In this document: piece by piece, positions 20,613 through 32,286 of the stretch
Layout: each line of letters opens with the position of its first letter
How positions within the stretch are numbered: the first letter of the stretch is position 1
NCBI GenBank assembly: GCA_964275345.1
Contig: CAXYBK010000003.1
Coordinates: forward strand, 334,797-398,796
Reading direction: 5' to 3'
DNA from: an uncultured SAR86 cluster bacterium
GTDB lineage: Bacteria; Pseudomonadota; Gammaproteobacteria; Magnimaribacterales; D2472
DNA: 64,000 nt
The notes under the pieces: generated by a model
What the model was told of the DNA's origin: nothing
Databases searched by the model: none
The model's input: only the letters and a program-made list of their open reading frames with translations
Made by a program: the position numbers and the translations under genes

Positions 20613-21614
20613 CTAGTATTTTTGTATATTATTTTTAACTGCTAAATAACCATCCATAGATAATCTTGGTCCAAATGTTTCAACTACCTTTGATGCTGCA
20701 TAATTTGAAAACTTTGCACAAGAGGCTAAAGGCATATTTTGTAGATAAGCATACATAAAGGAACCAGCAAACATATCACCAGCACCATTAGTATCTACCG
20801 GTTGTATCTGTTCCCCTGAAACATGCTCAGCATTACCTTCAGCAATGACAACGCTACCCTCGGCACCTGTAGTGATTACAGAAGTAAAAGATTTCTCTTT
20901 TAAGGCTGTGATCGCATCATCTAAATTATCTTTTCCTGTAAAAGCTTTAGCTTCATCATCATTTCCAAAAACCATATCTATTCCATATGATTCAATAGTT
21001 TCAAACTTATCTCTGAATCCCATAACAATTCCTGGATCAGAAAGCGAAAGAGCCTTTAAGATATCTTTATCTTTTAAAAATTCAAGAACAGTAAGAACCG
21101 CATTGAAGTTCTCATCACTAGTTACCATGTAGCCCTCAATATAAAATATTTTTGAATTAGCAATAGCTTCTAGATCTAGATCGATTGAACTCATACAAGC
21201 ACTTACCCCAAGCATGCTAACCATGGTTCTTTTAGCATCTGGAGTAACTAAAATGAGACATTTTCCTGTTGGAAGATCTAATTCTTCTTCGCTATAACCT
21301 TTGTGATATACACCAGCACTTTTCAAGCTATCTAAATATCGCAAACCATCATCATCTTTTGAAACTCTGCAAACATGATGACATTCAGCGCCATAACTTG
21401 ATGAAGCGACTAAAGAATTTGTAGCAGATCCACCACAATCAGAAATTGATTCTGTTCCGAGGTCTTCAAGTTTTTTAGTAATCTCATTTTGCTCTTCTGC
21501 TGATACTAAAGTCATTTGATCTGCCTCTAAACCTACAGATTCTAAAAACTCATATGAGACCATATATTGAGTATCAACAAGAGCATTTCCTAAAGCGCAA
21601 ATATCGTATTTCAT
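20613..21614 (-). CDS. PfkB-family carbohydrate/nucleoside kinase (adenosine kinase-like)
   Basis: 333 aa with N-terminal GNALVD and the C-terminal DTNGAGDMFAG PfkB signature. Confidence 0.75.
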   Translation of the reverse strand: MKYDICALGNALVDTQYMVSYEFLESVGLEADQMTLVSAEEQNEITKKLEDLGTESISDCGGSATNSLVASSSYGAECHHVCRVSKDDDGLRYLDSLKSAGVYHKGYSEEELDLPTGKCLILVTPDAKRTMVSMLGVSACMSSIDLDLEAIANSKIFYIEGYMVTSDENFNAVLTVLEFLKDKDILKALSLSDPGIVMGFRDKFETIESYGIDMVFGNDDEAKAFTGKDNLDDAITALKEKSFTSVITTGAEGSVVIAEGNAEHVSGEQIQPVDTNGAGDMFAGSFMYAYLQNMPLASCAKFSNYAASKVVETFGPRLSMDGYLAVKNNIQKY

Positions 21615-21615
21615 T

Positions 21616-22905
21616 TTATAAACCTTCCTTTATTATTAATTCTATTTTTTCTAAAACCATATTTAAAATATTTTCGTCATGTTGAGTTGATATAAAGCCA
21701 GCCTCATATTTTGAAGGGGCAAAATAAACCCCATTAGCAATACACGCATTTAAAAAATTAATAAATATACTATCATTTGTTGCCACAACATCTTCAAAAT
21801 TATTTGGCATTTCACTCGTAAAAAAGAAACCAAACATGCCACCCATTTGATTCTTAACAAAATCAATATTATTAGATTTCATAATTTTTGCCATGCCATC
21901 TAAAAGATATGAAGCTTTCATTTCCAAACTCTTGTAAGGATCAGTTTTAATGAGTTCAGTTAGAAGAGCTTCTCCAGCTGCCATTGCTAGTGGATTTCCT
22001 GATAAAGTTCCAGCTTGATATATAGGACCTTCAGGTGCTAATTGATCCATAAGATCAGCTCTTCCTCCAAATGCACCTACAGGCAGACCTGCTCCAATAA
22101 CTTTTCCTAAAGCAGTAAGATCTGGTTTGATACCATATAGCTCTTGCGCTCCACCCAATGAAACTCTAAAACCACTCATAACTTCATCAAATATAAGTAT
22201 GGAGTTATTTTGTAAAGAAACTTCTCTAACTAACTCAAGAAATGATTTATCAGCTGGAACAAAACCCATATTCCCAGCTACTGGCTCAATAATTATTGCA
22301 GCTAAATCATTCTTTATTTCATCAAATACTCTTAAAAAATGTTCTTTGTCATTATAGGGACAGCTAATTGTTAAAGATGCTAATTCTGCAGGAACACCTG
22401 GAGAGTCTGGCAATCCAAAGGTTGAAACTCCAGAGCCAGCTTTGACTAGTAAAGAGTCAGCATGCCCGTGATAACAGCCTGTAAATTTAATAATTTTATT
22501 TTTACCAGTACAACCTCTTGCAAGCCTAATACAGCTCATTGTTGCCTCTGTTCCAGAATTAACCATTCTAATTTTTTCTATAGATGGAACACATTGCTTA
22601 ATCAACTTTGCAACACTTGATTCTAGTTTAGTTGGAGCTCCAAAGCTTGTTCCCGCTTCAATTTGTTTATTAACTGCAGCAACTACTTTTGGATGCGTAT
22701 GACCCAGTATCATAGGACCCCAGGATCCTATAAAATCTACATATTCATTGTGATCCTCATCATACAAAAAAGCTCCCTTTGCACTTTTAAAGAAAATTGG
22801 CGAACCACCAATATTTTTAAAGGCCCGAACAGGGGAGTTAACACCACCTGGCATCAAGCTTTGCGCTTCTTTAAATAGTTCTTTTGATGTATTTATTTCT
22901 TTCAA
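21616..22905 (-). CDS. hemL: glutamate-1-semialdehyde 2,1-aminomutase
   Basis: 429 aa with MPGGVNSPVRAF, the FDEVMSGFR PLP region, and full-length collinearity with HemL. Confidence 0.95.
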   Translation of the reverse strand: MKEINTSKELFKEAQSLMPGGVNSPVRAFKNIGGSPIFFKSAKGAFLYDEDHNEYVDFIGSWGPMILGHTHPKVVAAVNKQIEAGTSFGAPTKLESSVAKLIKQCVPSIEKIRMVNSGTEATMSCIRLARGCTGKNKIIKFTGCYHGHADSLLVKAGSGVSTFGLPDSPGVPAELASLTISCPYNDKEHFLRVFDEIKNDLAAIIIEPVAGNMGFVPADKSFLELVREVSLQNNSILIFDEVMSGFRVSLGGAQELYGIKPDLTALGKVIGAGLPVGAFGGRADLMDQLAPEGPIYQAGTLSGNPLAMAAGEALLTELIKTDPYKSLEMKASYLLDGMAKIMKSNNIDFVKNQMGGMFGFFFTSEMPNNFEDVVATNDSIFINFLNACIANGVYFAPSKYEAGFISTQHDENILNMVLEKIELIIKEGL

Positions 22906-22985
22906 TATATTTTTTCCAAGAAAAATGTTCTAGCTTTAAAATTTATATTCTGATTTGAAAGCAATGATATCAAACTTTTGATGGG

Positions 22986-23513
22986 TTACTTCAATATCAC
23001 TATCTGATTTGCAAATTCTTCAACCTTATCCCAATTTGTAAATTCATGAGCCTCTGACATATCTGTCGGACCCTTTGTCATCCACATAATCAACCGAATC
23101 ATATACTTATCTACAAAATTATATTTTTGGTAATCTATTTTTCCTCCAAAGACCTCTAACAATGCAGGCTTCCATGATGATAATGATAGAAATTTTTCCA
23201 TATATGGATTTGTATTAGGAGTATTCTTTTCAGGCTTTCTAGCAACAGCATTTACAGAAAAGAATATATTATTATTAGCCTCTAAAATAGAAATATTACT
23301 TTCAATAAATTGGTAAAGATTAGGGCTATGTTTGCCATACCTTATGCTGGCACCTATAACTATTTGATCATATTTAGAAAGATCTAGTTCACCAGCATCA
23401 TCTATCGATACAACCTCTGTTGAATTAGTTTGATTAATTACAGAACTTATTCTTTTACAGATAGCTTTGGTCTGACCGTCAGTGGTCGAGTATATAATTA
23501 GAGTTAATGGCAT
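22986..23513 (-). CDS. hemG: menaquinone-dependent protoporphyrinogen IX oxidase (flavodoxin-like)
   Basis: 175 aa. The start IIYSTTDGQTK and overall length/layout match HemG. Confidence 0.8.
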   Translation of the reverse strand: MPLTLIIYSTTDGQTKAICKRISSVINQTNSTEVVSIDDAGELDLSKYDQIVIGASIRYGKHSPNLYQFIESNISILEANNNIFFSVNAVARKPEKNTPNTNPYMEKFLSLSSWKPALLEVFGGKIDYQKYNFVDKYMIRLIMWMTKGPTDMSEAHEFTNWDKVEEFANQIVILK

Positions 23514-23621
23514 TTGGTTATTTATATTTTAGGCTATTTTAGCCTTTCCTTAATAATTATTCAGATCAATTTTCTAATTAAAATAATTTTTATTTGGAAT
23601 CTGATAAAATTGTGAAATATT

Positions 23622-23963
23622 ATGACTTCAGAAAATTTAATACAATCTCTCGCCTTAACTGATTCAGCAGTACAAAGGATTGCTTTAGTTATTAATGTAG
23701 AAAAAAAATCTAGGTTCAGAGTTTATGTAACTGGAGGAGGCTGTTCAGGCTTCCAGTATGGTTTTAAATTTGATGATGACGTTGCTTTTGATGATGAAGT
23801 TTTAGATTACGAAGGTTTCTCTGTTTTATTAGATTCTCTTTCTTATCCATATCTGTATGGCTCAACGTTAGATTATGTAGAAGACTTGTCGGGCGCAAAA
23901 TTTGTGATAAATAATCCAAATGCAAAAACTACCTGTGGCTGTGGAGAGTCTTTCGCTATATAG
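23622..23963 (+). CDS. erpA: iron-sulfur cluster insertion protein ErpA
   Basis: 113 aa with GGGCSGFQY and C-terminal CGCGESF. Confidence 0.92.
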   Translation: MTSENLIQSLALTDSAVQRIALVINVEKKSRFRVYVTGGGCSGFQYGFKFDDDVAFDDEVLDYEGFSVLLDSLSYPYLYGSTLDYVEDLSGAKFVINNPNAKTTCGCGESFAI

Positions 23964-23965
23964 AC

Positions 23966-25060
23966 TTAGTAATAGATCCCTAGCAATGCAGGCACTTCTC
24001 TAGTATTTTTTAATCGTACAGCCGAAGAAATATTATTGACCCTTCTATAAGCTAACCAACCAAAAGCCATTGATTCAATTGCTTGAGGATCAAGCCCTAG
24101 ATCTGACGTTAGCTTAACCGGCATATTTAAATGAAATGAAATTCTTTTTAAAAGTGTCTTATTTTTGCTTCCGCCTCCACATACATAAATATTCTTAAAA
24201 TCATGTTTCTCTTTTCTAATTGCATTAGAAATAGATAATGCTGAAAATTCTGTAAGAGTTGCGAGAATATCTTTTTTGTCATGTTTCAAAAGATTTTTTG
24301 ATATATAGCCGAAGTTAAATAATTCTTTGCCAGTAGATTTAGGCATTTTCTTTTTAAAAAAACTATTAGATAGTAATTTTTTAAGTTCTTTTAAATTCAC
24401 TTTACCCTTTTCAGCAATAGCGCCATTTCTATCAAATTCTAAACCCAGAACCTTTGAGCAATAAGCATCCATTAATGCATTTCCAGGACCAGTATCTGTC
24501 CCAAAATAAGATCCATCAGCTTGAACATATGTATAGTTTGAAATTCCACCAATATTTAAAATAATTCTAGATTCTTTTTTAGATTTAAAAAGTTCAGCAT
24601 GAAACTCTGGAACAAGTGGCGCTCCTTCACCCCCTTTTGCAATATGCATATTCCTAAAATCACTAACAACTGTGGTTCCAGTTATAGCTGATACTATATT
24701 TGGATCACCAATCTGAGTTGAAAAATTATTCTTTATATCTGGTTCATGTCTTATAGTTTGACCTGAAATACCAACAGCAATATTTTGGGGATTCTTAATA
24801 ACATTTTTATCTATTATTCTTGAGACTGCTTTTGCAAAAATTAAACCTACTTTTTTATTTAATACTCCAAGATCAGATAAAGAAATTAAATTATTGGTTA
24901 TCGTATTACTTATATCATCACTTAAATTCTTAGGAATCTTGATTGAATCAAAAGCTTCTAACTTTATATTTTTCTTTGTTACTGAAATTAAAGACACATC
25001 GACTGCATCATGGCTAGTGCCACTCATTGCACCTATATATAACTTTGAATTAGTTGGCAT
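23966..25060 (-). CDS. anmK: anhydro-N-acetylmuramic acid kinase
   Basis: 364 aa with N-terminal YIGAMSGTSHDAVDV and GGG..N motifs typical of AnmK. Confidence 0.9.
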   Translation of the reverse strand: MPTNSKLYIGAMSGTSHDAVDVSLISVTKKNIKLEAFDSIKIPKNLSDDISNTITNNLISLSDLGVLNKKVGLIFAKAVSRIIDKNVIKNPQNIAVGISGQTIRHEPDIKNNFSTQIGDPNIVSAITGTTVVSDFRNMHIAKGGEGAPLVPEFHAELFKSKKESRIILNIGGISNYTYVQADGSYFGTDTGPGNALMDAYCSKVLGLEFDRNGAIAEKGKVNLKELKKLLSNSFFKKKMPKSTGKELFNFGYISKNLLKHDKKDILATLTEFSALSISNAIRKEKHDFKNIYVCGGGSKNKTLLKRISFHLNMPVKLTSDLGLDPQAIESMAFGWLAYRRVNNISSAVRLKNTREVPALLGIYY

Positions 25061-26300
25061 TTGGGTCTAAATTGTTAAATCTATCTAATAGCTTATTGTT
25101 TTCAGCCAATAATGCAAAGAAGTCATCCTTTTGTTCAATTGGCACTGGTTGAGCAGAAGGGAGTTTTACTCTGACTGGATCTGTTCTTTTTGAACCAACC
25201 TTGAATTCATAATGCAGGTGGGTTCCTGTAGCAGCACCTGAATCACCAACGTAACCAATTGTCTGACCTTGAGAAACTTTTGATCCAACTTTTAGTTTTC
25301 TATTAAAGGCTTCCATATGAGCATATAAAGTAGAAATATTACCACCGTGTTTAATCTGGATTGTTCTTCCATAACCAGATTTAGTGCCTATAAACTTAAT
25401 GACCCCATCACCAGATGCTCTTATAGGAGTATTTCTGACCGCAGCATAATCGACACCATTATGAGCTTTTATTCTGTGCAGAATAGGGTGCATTCTATTC
25501 GGATTAAAATGTGAGCTTATGTAGGCAAAATCTAAAGGAGCTCTTAAAAAAGCCTTTTTTATATTATTACCAGAACTATCGTAATATTCTTTACCTGTTT
25601 CTTGATTTATAAATCTATAAGCATTGTAGACTTGGCCTTGATTGATAAATTCAGCAAAAACAATATCACCATTTTTAGCAATTTCGCCTTCTGCATATAC
25701 AGTTTCATAAATAAGCTTAAAGGTATCACCTTTTCGAATATCAAACACAAAATCAATATCCCACCCAAATAAATATGCTAAATCCATAATAACGCTATCG
25801 GGAATATCGGCTTTGAGACCAGCTTCATAAAAAGAAGAATTTATAATGCCACTTTTAAAGCTGGTAACTATTTCAGGGTTCTTTACTATTTTAGTTATAG
25901 TAATTTCATCCTCGATATTGATTACAAGTGAATTAATATTATCTTTGATAATTTCTATTTTAATTATTTCATCATCAAGATAAGTAAACTGCATTTTATT
26001 GCCTGGCCTAATGTCTCTTAGTGACCCAGCACTATCCTTTCTGAAGACTTTATATGCTGTATTTAATGGCACTTTAAATTCCTCAAATATTATAGAAAGA
26101 TTTTCTCCATCTTTAACAGTATAAAAATCATAAGATTTAGTAAGAGGTGAAGTTGAAATTATTTCCTCTGATTCAAAAATATCTTCTACAGGCAATTCAG
26201 GATTATTTTTTAGATCAATATTAACAAGCAGGATAAACCCTACAAATATAAGGAATATGATCATCACATACTTAAAAGAAACTCTTTTAAATCCAATCAT
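25050..26300 (-). CDS. M23-family murein endopeptidase (MepM/YebA-like)
   Basis: 416 aa with an N-terminal TM, an OapA/LysM-like segment, and catalytic motifs HNGVDYAA and GDSGAATGTHLHYEF. Confidence 0.85.
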   Translation of the reverse strand: MIGFKRVSFKYVMIIFLIFVGFILLVNIDLKNNPELPVEDIFESEEIISTSPLTKSYDFYTVKDGENLSIIFEEFKVPLNTAYKVFRKDSAGSLRDIRPGNKMQFTYLDDEIIKIEIIKDNINSLVINIEDEITITKIVKNPEIVTSFKSGIINSSFYEAGLKADIPDSVIMDLAYLFGWDIDFVFDIRKGDTFKLIYETVYAEGEIAKNGDIVFAEFINQGQVYNAYRFINQETGKEYYDSSGNNIKKAFLRAPLDFAYISSHFNPNRMHPILHRIKAHNGVDYAAVRNTPIRASGDGVIKFIGTKSGYGRTIQIKHGGNISTLYAHMEAFNRKLKVGSKVSQGQTIGYVGDSGAATGTHLHYEFKVGSKRTDPVRVKLPSAQPVPIEQKDDFFALLAENNKLLDRFNNLDPNAN

Positions 26301-26302
26301 AT

Positions 26303-29300
26303 TTATTCTTTATCTAAATTAAGTAGCTCTGTATTTCCACCAAAAGCCACTGTATTTTTAGAAACTACTCTTTCATTCACAAATTGTAATAAATAGTTTG
26401 GACCTCCTGCCTTGAGACCACATCCTGAAAGCCCTTCACCACCAAATGGCTGAACACCTACTACTGCTCCAACCATGTCTCTATTAACATAAGCATTTCC
26501 GGCCGATAGTAACCCTGATATTTCAGCGTGCTTGGACTCAATTCGAGAATGGATTCCAAGGGTTAAACCATAATTTTTATCATTAATTTCAATTAAGTTT
26601 TCTTTTAAGGTAGATGCTTTATATTTATATATGTGCAAGATTGGCCCGAATTGCTCTTCGTTAATTTCATCTAATGCATTTAGTTCTATTAAGCATGGCG
26701 AAATAATATTTTTTTCAGTAAGGTGCTCGTGTGATTGAAACTTTTTATTAGAGCTAGTGAATGAATTGATATAGGTTTCTAATTTTTTAAAAGCATCTAC
26801 ATTAATAATTGGGCCAACATCAGTTTCAAAATTATTGGGAGCGTCTAAAGTTAATTCCTTCATTGCTCCGGTGAGTATTTCCCACATATCTTCATATATT
26901 TCTTCTTGAACAAGAATAAGTCTGAGGGCAGAACATCTTTGACCAGCTGAATTAAACGCTGACCTGATAACATCATCAGTTACTTGTTCTAAGAGGGCGC
27001 TTGAATCAACCACCATTACATTTAGTCCACCTGTTTCAGCAATTATTGGTGTTATAGCTCCTTCTTTTGAAGCCAAATTTTTATTTATATATTTTGCAGT
27101 CTTATGTGAGCCTGTAAAACTAACTCCTTGGATATTATCAATAAGACTTAGCGCATCTCCTTGTTCTGCTCCACCTAGAATTAATTGCAATGCTTCTTTG
27201 GGGACACCTGCTTTATGAAAGAGTTCTATTATTTTAAAGCCTATTATTGATGCATGCTCTGATGGTTTTGCTATTACATTATTTCCTGTAACTAATGCTG
27301 CACTGATTTGTCCTACCAGAATGGCAGCAGGAAAGTTCCAGGGGCTTATGCATAAAAATGTTCCTTTGGGATGATAAGAGATTTCATTTAGTTCACCTGT
27401 TGGTCCCTTTAATTCAATAGATTGAGATTGAATATTATTAGCTTCATTACAATAAAATCGTAAAAAGTCCTCAGCTTCTCTTAATTCATCCCAGGCATCA
27501 TGAATTGTTTTGCCCGTTTCATGTAATAGAAGATGCAAGAGTTCATCTGAATTAGCCTGAATGAGATCAGCCATTTTTTTTAAGATGCTAGTCCTATGAG
27601 TAATATTTGTTTTACCCCAGTCATAATTTGTAGATTTTGTGCTAAAGCTATTTATTATTATTTCAGGATCATCAAATTTTACTGACCCTATACAGCCTCC
27701 ATCACATAGTGACTTAATTTCATGCGCAGGACTTGAGGATTGAAATGATGATTGCACATCATAATTAGTATCTTTAAATTTTTGCAGATTTAACTTTATG
27801 TTATCTATATTTTCTCTCTCAGTTAGATCTAAGCCAGGAGAGTTAATTCTGTTATTAAACATATCTTTAGGTAATTGTATTTTTAATAAATCATTTTTTT
27901 CTAATTTTGATTCTAATACTTTTGCAGGATTTTCTGCTAATTTTTTAGGATCAACTTCTGAATCAAGAAGCCTGTTTATAAATGAACTATTTGCTCCATT
28001 CTCTAATAACCTTCTTACTAGGTAGGGCAATAAATCTTTATAGGCTCCAATAGGTGCATAAATACTAGCCTTTGGAATATGCTCGCACACTTTATTAGCT
28101 GAATCATATAACAATTCACCCATTCCAAATAATCTTTGAAATTCATAGGTCTTGTTGTATCCCATATGGTAAATAGCAGCAATAGTATGAGCATTATGAG
28201 TTGCAAACTTAGGATAAATTTTCTCTATATCAAAAATTTTCTTTGCAGTATGGAGGTAACTCAAATCAGTTAGATTTTTATTTGTAAAAACTGAATATCC
28301 TGGATGAGATTTAATCTGTGATTGCTTGATTTCATAATCCCAATAAGCACCTTTAACCAGCCTTACATGAATAGGCGCTCTTTCTTTTAATATATCTTCT
28401 GCCCAATCAATAATTTCTAATGATCTTTTTCCATAGGCCTGAACTGCCATGCCTATGTTGCTCCAATCTTTGTATTTTTTATTTAATAAAATTTTCTCTA
28501 TTATCTCGAGTGAAACTGAAAGCCTATCTTGCTCCTCAGCATCAATTGTTACCTCAACATCTTTTTTAAATGCCAAGTCCACCAATGCTTCTAATTTTGG
28601 GATTAAGTTGTTTTTAATATGAGTTTGATTAAGCATTTCATACTTAGGACTTAAAGCAGAAATTTTAATAGATATTCCATTATTAGCTCCATGCTTATCA
28701 TTAATAGCACTTACATTATTAATGGCATCTTCGTAAGCTTTAAAATAGTTATTAGCTTGAGTTTCAGTTCTGGCTGCTTCGCCCAACATATCAAAAGAGT
28801 AGGAATTGTTCTCAATACCTTTAATCTTATTAATATCCTCAAAGTCTCTACCCATAACAAATTCACCACTTAGAATTTTCATTGCCATCATAATGGCTTC
28901 TCTTACAGGTATTTCACCCGACTTTTTAGTCAACTTATTAAGCCATTTAAGAGGATTATTTGAGAGTTCATCTGAAGGCTTTATAACCTTGCCAGCTAGC
29001 AAAAGACCCCAAGTAGATGCATTTACAAGCAGACTATCAGCCTTATTTAAATGTGCTTCCCAAGAACCTGCTGAAAGCTTTTCAGAGATTAAAATGTTTC
29101 TTGTTCTGCTATCAGGAATTCTAAGCAATGATTCTGCTAAACACATCAGAGCAACGCCCTCATTATTTGAGAGCCCGTATTCGCTTAGAAATGCATCAAG
29201 TTGAGTCCGCTCACTCTTTCTATCTCTGCAAAGCTTAATAATATTTACAGCATCTTCTTCTATAGATGTGTTATTAAGAAACTGACTATCAGCTATAAAA

Positions 29301-29350
29301 TTTTTAGCTAAAATTTCTTCGGAATAAAATTTTTTTTCCATAACTGACAT
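26303..29350 (-). CDS. putA: bifunctional proline dehydrogenase / 1-pyrroline-5-carboxylate dehydrogenase
   Basis: 1015 aa. A PRODH barrel is followed by an aldehyde dehydrogenase domain (ETGGLN, GQRCSALR). No N-terminal ribbon-helix-helix domain, so this is the short PutA form. Confidence 0.92.
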   Translation of the reverse strand: MSVMEKKFYSEEILAKNFIADSQFLNNTSIEEDAVNIIKLCRDRKSERTQLDAFLSEYGLSNNEGVALMCLAESLLRIPDSRTRNILISEKLSAGSWEAHLNKADSLLVNASTWGLLLAGKVIKPSDELSNNPLKWLNKLTKKSGEIPVREAIMMAMKILSGEFVMGRDFEDINKIKGIENNSYSFDMLGEAARTETQANNYFKAYEDAINNVSAINDKHGANNGISIKISALSPKYEMLNQTHIKNNLIPKLEALVDLAFKKDVEVTIDAEEQDRLSVSLEIIEKILLNKKYKDWSNIGMAVQAYGKRSLEIIDWAEDILKERAPIHVRLVKGAYWDYEIKQSQIKSHPGYSVFTNKNLTDLSYLHTAKKIFDIEKIYPKFATHNAHTIAAIYHMGYNKTYEFQRLFGMGELLYDSANKVCEHIPKASIYAPIGAYKDLLPYLVRRLLENGANSSFINRLLDSEVDPKKLAENPAKVLESKLEKNDLLKIQLPKDMFNNRINSPGLDLTERENIDNIKLNLQKFKDTNYDVQSSFQSSSPAHEIKSLCDGGCIGSVKFDDPEIIINSFSTKSTNYDWGKTNITHRTSILKKMADLIQANSDELLHLLLHETGKTIHDAWDELREAEDFLRFYCNEANNIQSQSIELKGPTGELNEISYHPKGTFLCISPWNFPAAILVGQISAALVTGNNVIAKPSEHASIIGFKIIELFHKAGVPKEALQLILGGAEQGDALSLIDNIQGVSFTGSHKTAKYINKNLASKEGAITPIIAETGGLNVMVVDSSALLEQVTDDVIRSAFNSAGQRCSALRLILVQEEIYEDMWEILTGAMKELTLDAPNNFETDVGPIINVDAFKKLETYINSFTSSNKKFQSHEHLTEKNIISPCLIELNALDEINEEQFGPILHIYKYKASTLKENLIEINDKNYGLTLGIHSRIESKHAEISGLLSAGNAYVNRDMVGAVVGVQPFGGEGLSGCGLKAGGPNYLLQFVNERVVSKNTVAFGGNTELLNLDKE

Positions 29351-29471
29351 TTGTAGTATTTTAATCTTATGTTCATAACTATCAATGCTTGCTCATGCTT
29401 AAATGAGTTTTGATATAGTTATGAAAACCTAGGAATTTTCTAAATCTATTAATAATATTATGGTAGTCTAG

Positions 29472-30666
<1,195 letters not shown>

Positions 30667-30668
30667 AT

Positions 30669-31154
30669 ATGAAAAAAGTATTTCAGTTATTTGTTTTATT
30701 TATGTTGGTTGGTTGTGGCCAAGAAGAAAGTATTAGCCTCGCTGTTCCTCAAAGTGTAATGGATAAAAATATGCAAGATGGAGAGCTATTTCTTCAATCC
30801 AATCTTTCCCAAAATGGAGTCATCGAAGTTGAACCAGGATTACAATATCTTGTTATTAATAATGGTGACGAGGGAGCAAGGCAGCCCCGTCCATCCGATA
30901 AAGTAACTGCCCATTTTCATGGAACTCTTCTAGATGGAAGTGTGTTTTGGAGCTCGGTTGACATGAATGACCCATTGGTTATAAAACCATCTCAATTAAT
31001 TCCAGGTTGTCAGAAAATTTTACCTCTTATGAAATTAGGTGATAAATGGAAAGTATTTATTCATCCTGACATGGCATACGGAGTAGAAGGGCGACCAACC
31101 ATTCCATCAAATTCAGTTTTAACTTTTGAGATTGAGCTTTTAGCAATCAACTAA
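30669..31154 (+). CDS. FKBP-type peptidyl-prolyl cis-trans isomerase, lipoprotein
   Basis: 161 aa with lipobox LVGC and FKBP domain signature (V.AHFHGTLLDGSVF.SS, PGCQKILPLM, YG..G, LTFEIELL). Confidence 0.85.
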   Translation: MKKVFQLFVLFMLVGCGQEESISLAVPQSVMDKNMQDGELFLQSNLSQNGVIEVEPGLQYLVINNGDEGARQPRPSDKVTAHFHGTLLDGSVFWSSVDMNDPLVIKPSQLIPGCQKILPLMKLGDKWKVFIHPDMAYGVEGRPTIPSNSVLTFEIELLAIN

Positions 31155-31164
31155 TCACTAGAAC

Positions 31165-31590
31165 TTACTGCTCTTGATTTTCCTCAGCAGCAGCCTCTTT
31201 TCTTAATTTAATTTTTGATAAACTAATCTTATCTTTCATGGTCATAATATAGGCTGATACAGCTAATAGTAATATGCCTGAAGCTTCATAGATAATATTA
31301 ATACCATCAAAACCCTTGCTTTGAATTACTATCATTCGAGTTAAGGCGGTAATGGCAATAATAATTGGAAGTGTTACCGGAATACGTTTATCTCTATAAA
31401 AGATACCGACCATTCCCAAGACTTCTGCATAGATAAATAGTAAGAAAAGATCACTTAGGTCGACAACCTGGACCATAATAATTCTTTCTAATTCCATGAA
31501 TGCTGCAAAAAGAGTTGCCAAAGCGATTGCCGCTAAAATAACTCCTTCACTAAACCATATAAATTGCTGTAACCATTTATTTTCTTTCAT
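31165..31590 (-). CDS. PsiE-like (phosphate-starvation-inducible) inner-membrane protein
   Basis: 141 aa with 4 TM helices. Its central segment (FIYAEVLGMVGIFYRDKRIPVTLPIIIAITALTRMIVIQ) is collinear with E. coli PsiE as recalled. Confidence 0.55.
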   Translation of the reverse strand: MKENKWLQQFIWFSEGVILAAIALATLFAAFMELERIIMVQVVDLSDLFLLFIYAEVLGMVGIFYRDKRIPVTLPIIIAITALTRMIVIQSKGFDGINIIYEASGILLLAVSAYIMTMKDKISLSKIKLRKEAAAEENQEQ

Positions 31591-31779
31591 TCATCTATTA
31601 AAAACAAAAAAGTTCTATTTAACAAGATTTAAAAGAATCATTTTTTATATATATGCATATTAATAATGATATTTAAAACTATTTTCAATAATAACTAAAT
31701 TAACCCTATCAATTTTTAACTCGACATTATTTCCAGCCTATATGTTTGTTAAAAAATATTACATTAGTTAGGATTAGAT

Positions 31780-32286
31780 ATGAATTACAACAATATTAAT
31801 CTTAAATATTTCCTAATCTATGCCACTCATCATTGGCATAGCAGCCATCTTATGAGGTATGAATTTTTTGATGTAGATGATCGCATCATTTCATTTCCTG
31901 CTGCTATGCTATGTGTTGCTCTTTTTCGCTTTCAGCGTTGGCGCTCAGAGAATAAGAGAGTTACTGATTTAGAAAGATATTCAAAAAATGAAAATTATGA
32001 TTTTCTTAAAGAGCCCTCTGGTTTACAGCTAGATGATTTTCGGAGCTTTAAAACATTACCTTTTATAATGGACATAGACAAAGGAGATGATGCTTTCATG
32101 AATCTTCTTATTCAAAAATCTGAACAAGAGCTCAATTACATTAAAGAGCAAAAAATTGTAACAGTAATGCAAACTAATGATAGTCGTAATAGGATGAGGC
32201 TTTTTATACTCAGGTATTTTTATTTAAAACAACTAAAGAATTCCCATCATTTTATCTTACAGATAGGCCTTATTTTCGAATCTTAG
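31780..32286 (+). CDS. hypothetical protein (probably the N-terminal part of a frameshifted ~271-aa ORF)
   Basis: 168-aa ORF with no family recognised. Its last ~30 aa look out of frame, and the other frame is open from 32193. Confidence 0.4.
   Translation: MNYNNINLKYFLIYATHHWHSSHLMRYEFFDVDDRIISFPAAMLCVALFRFQRWRSENKRVTDLERYSKNENYDFLKEPSGLQLDDFRSFKTLPFIMDIDKGDDAFMNLLIQKSEQELNYIKEQKIVTVMQTNDSRNRMRLFILRYFYLKQLKNSHHFILQIGLIFES

Noticed and set aside
31640-31700. Fur-like sequence TAATAAT-G-ATATTTA upstream of the orphan ORF
   Set aside because: The second half-site is poor (4/7). The spacer is extremely AT-rich, so the match is indistinguishable from background.
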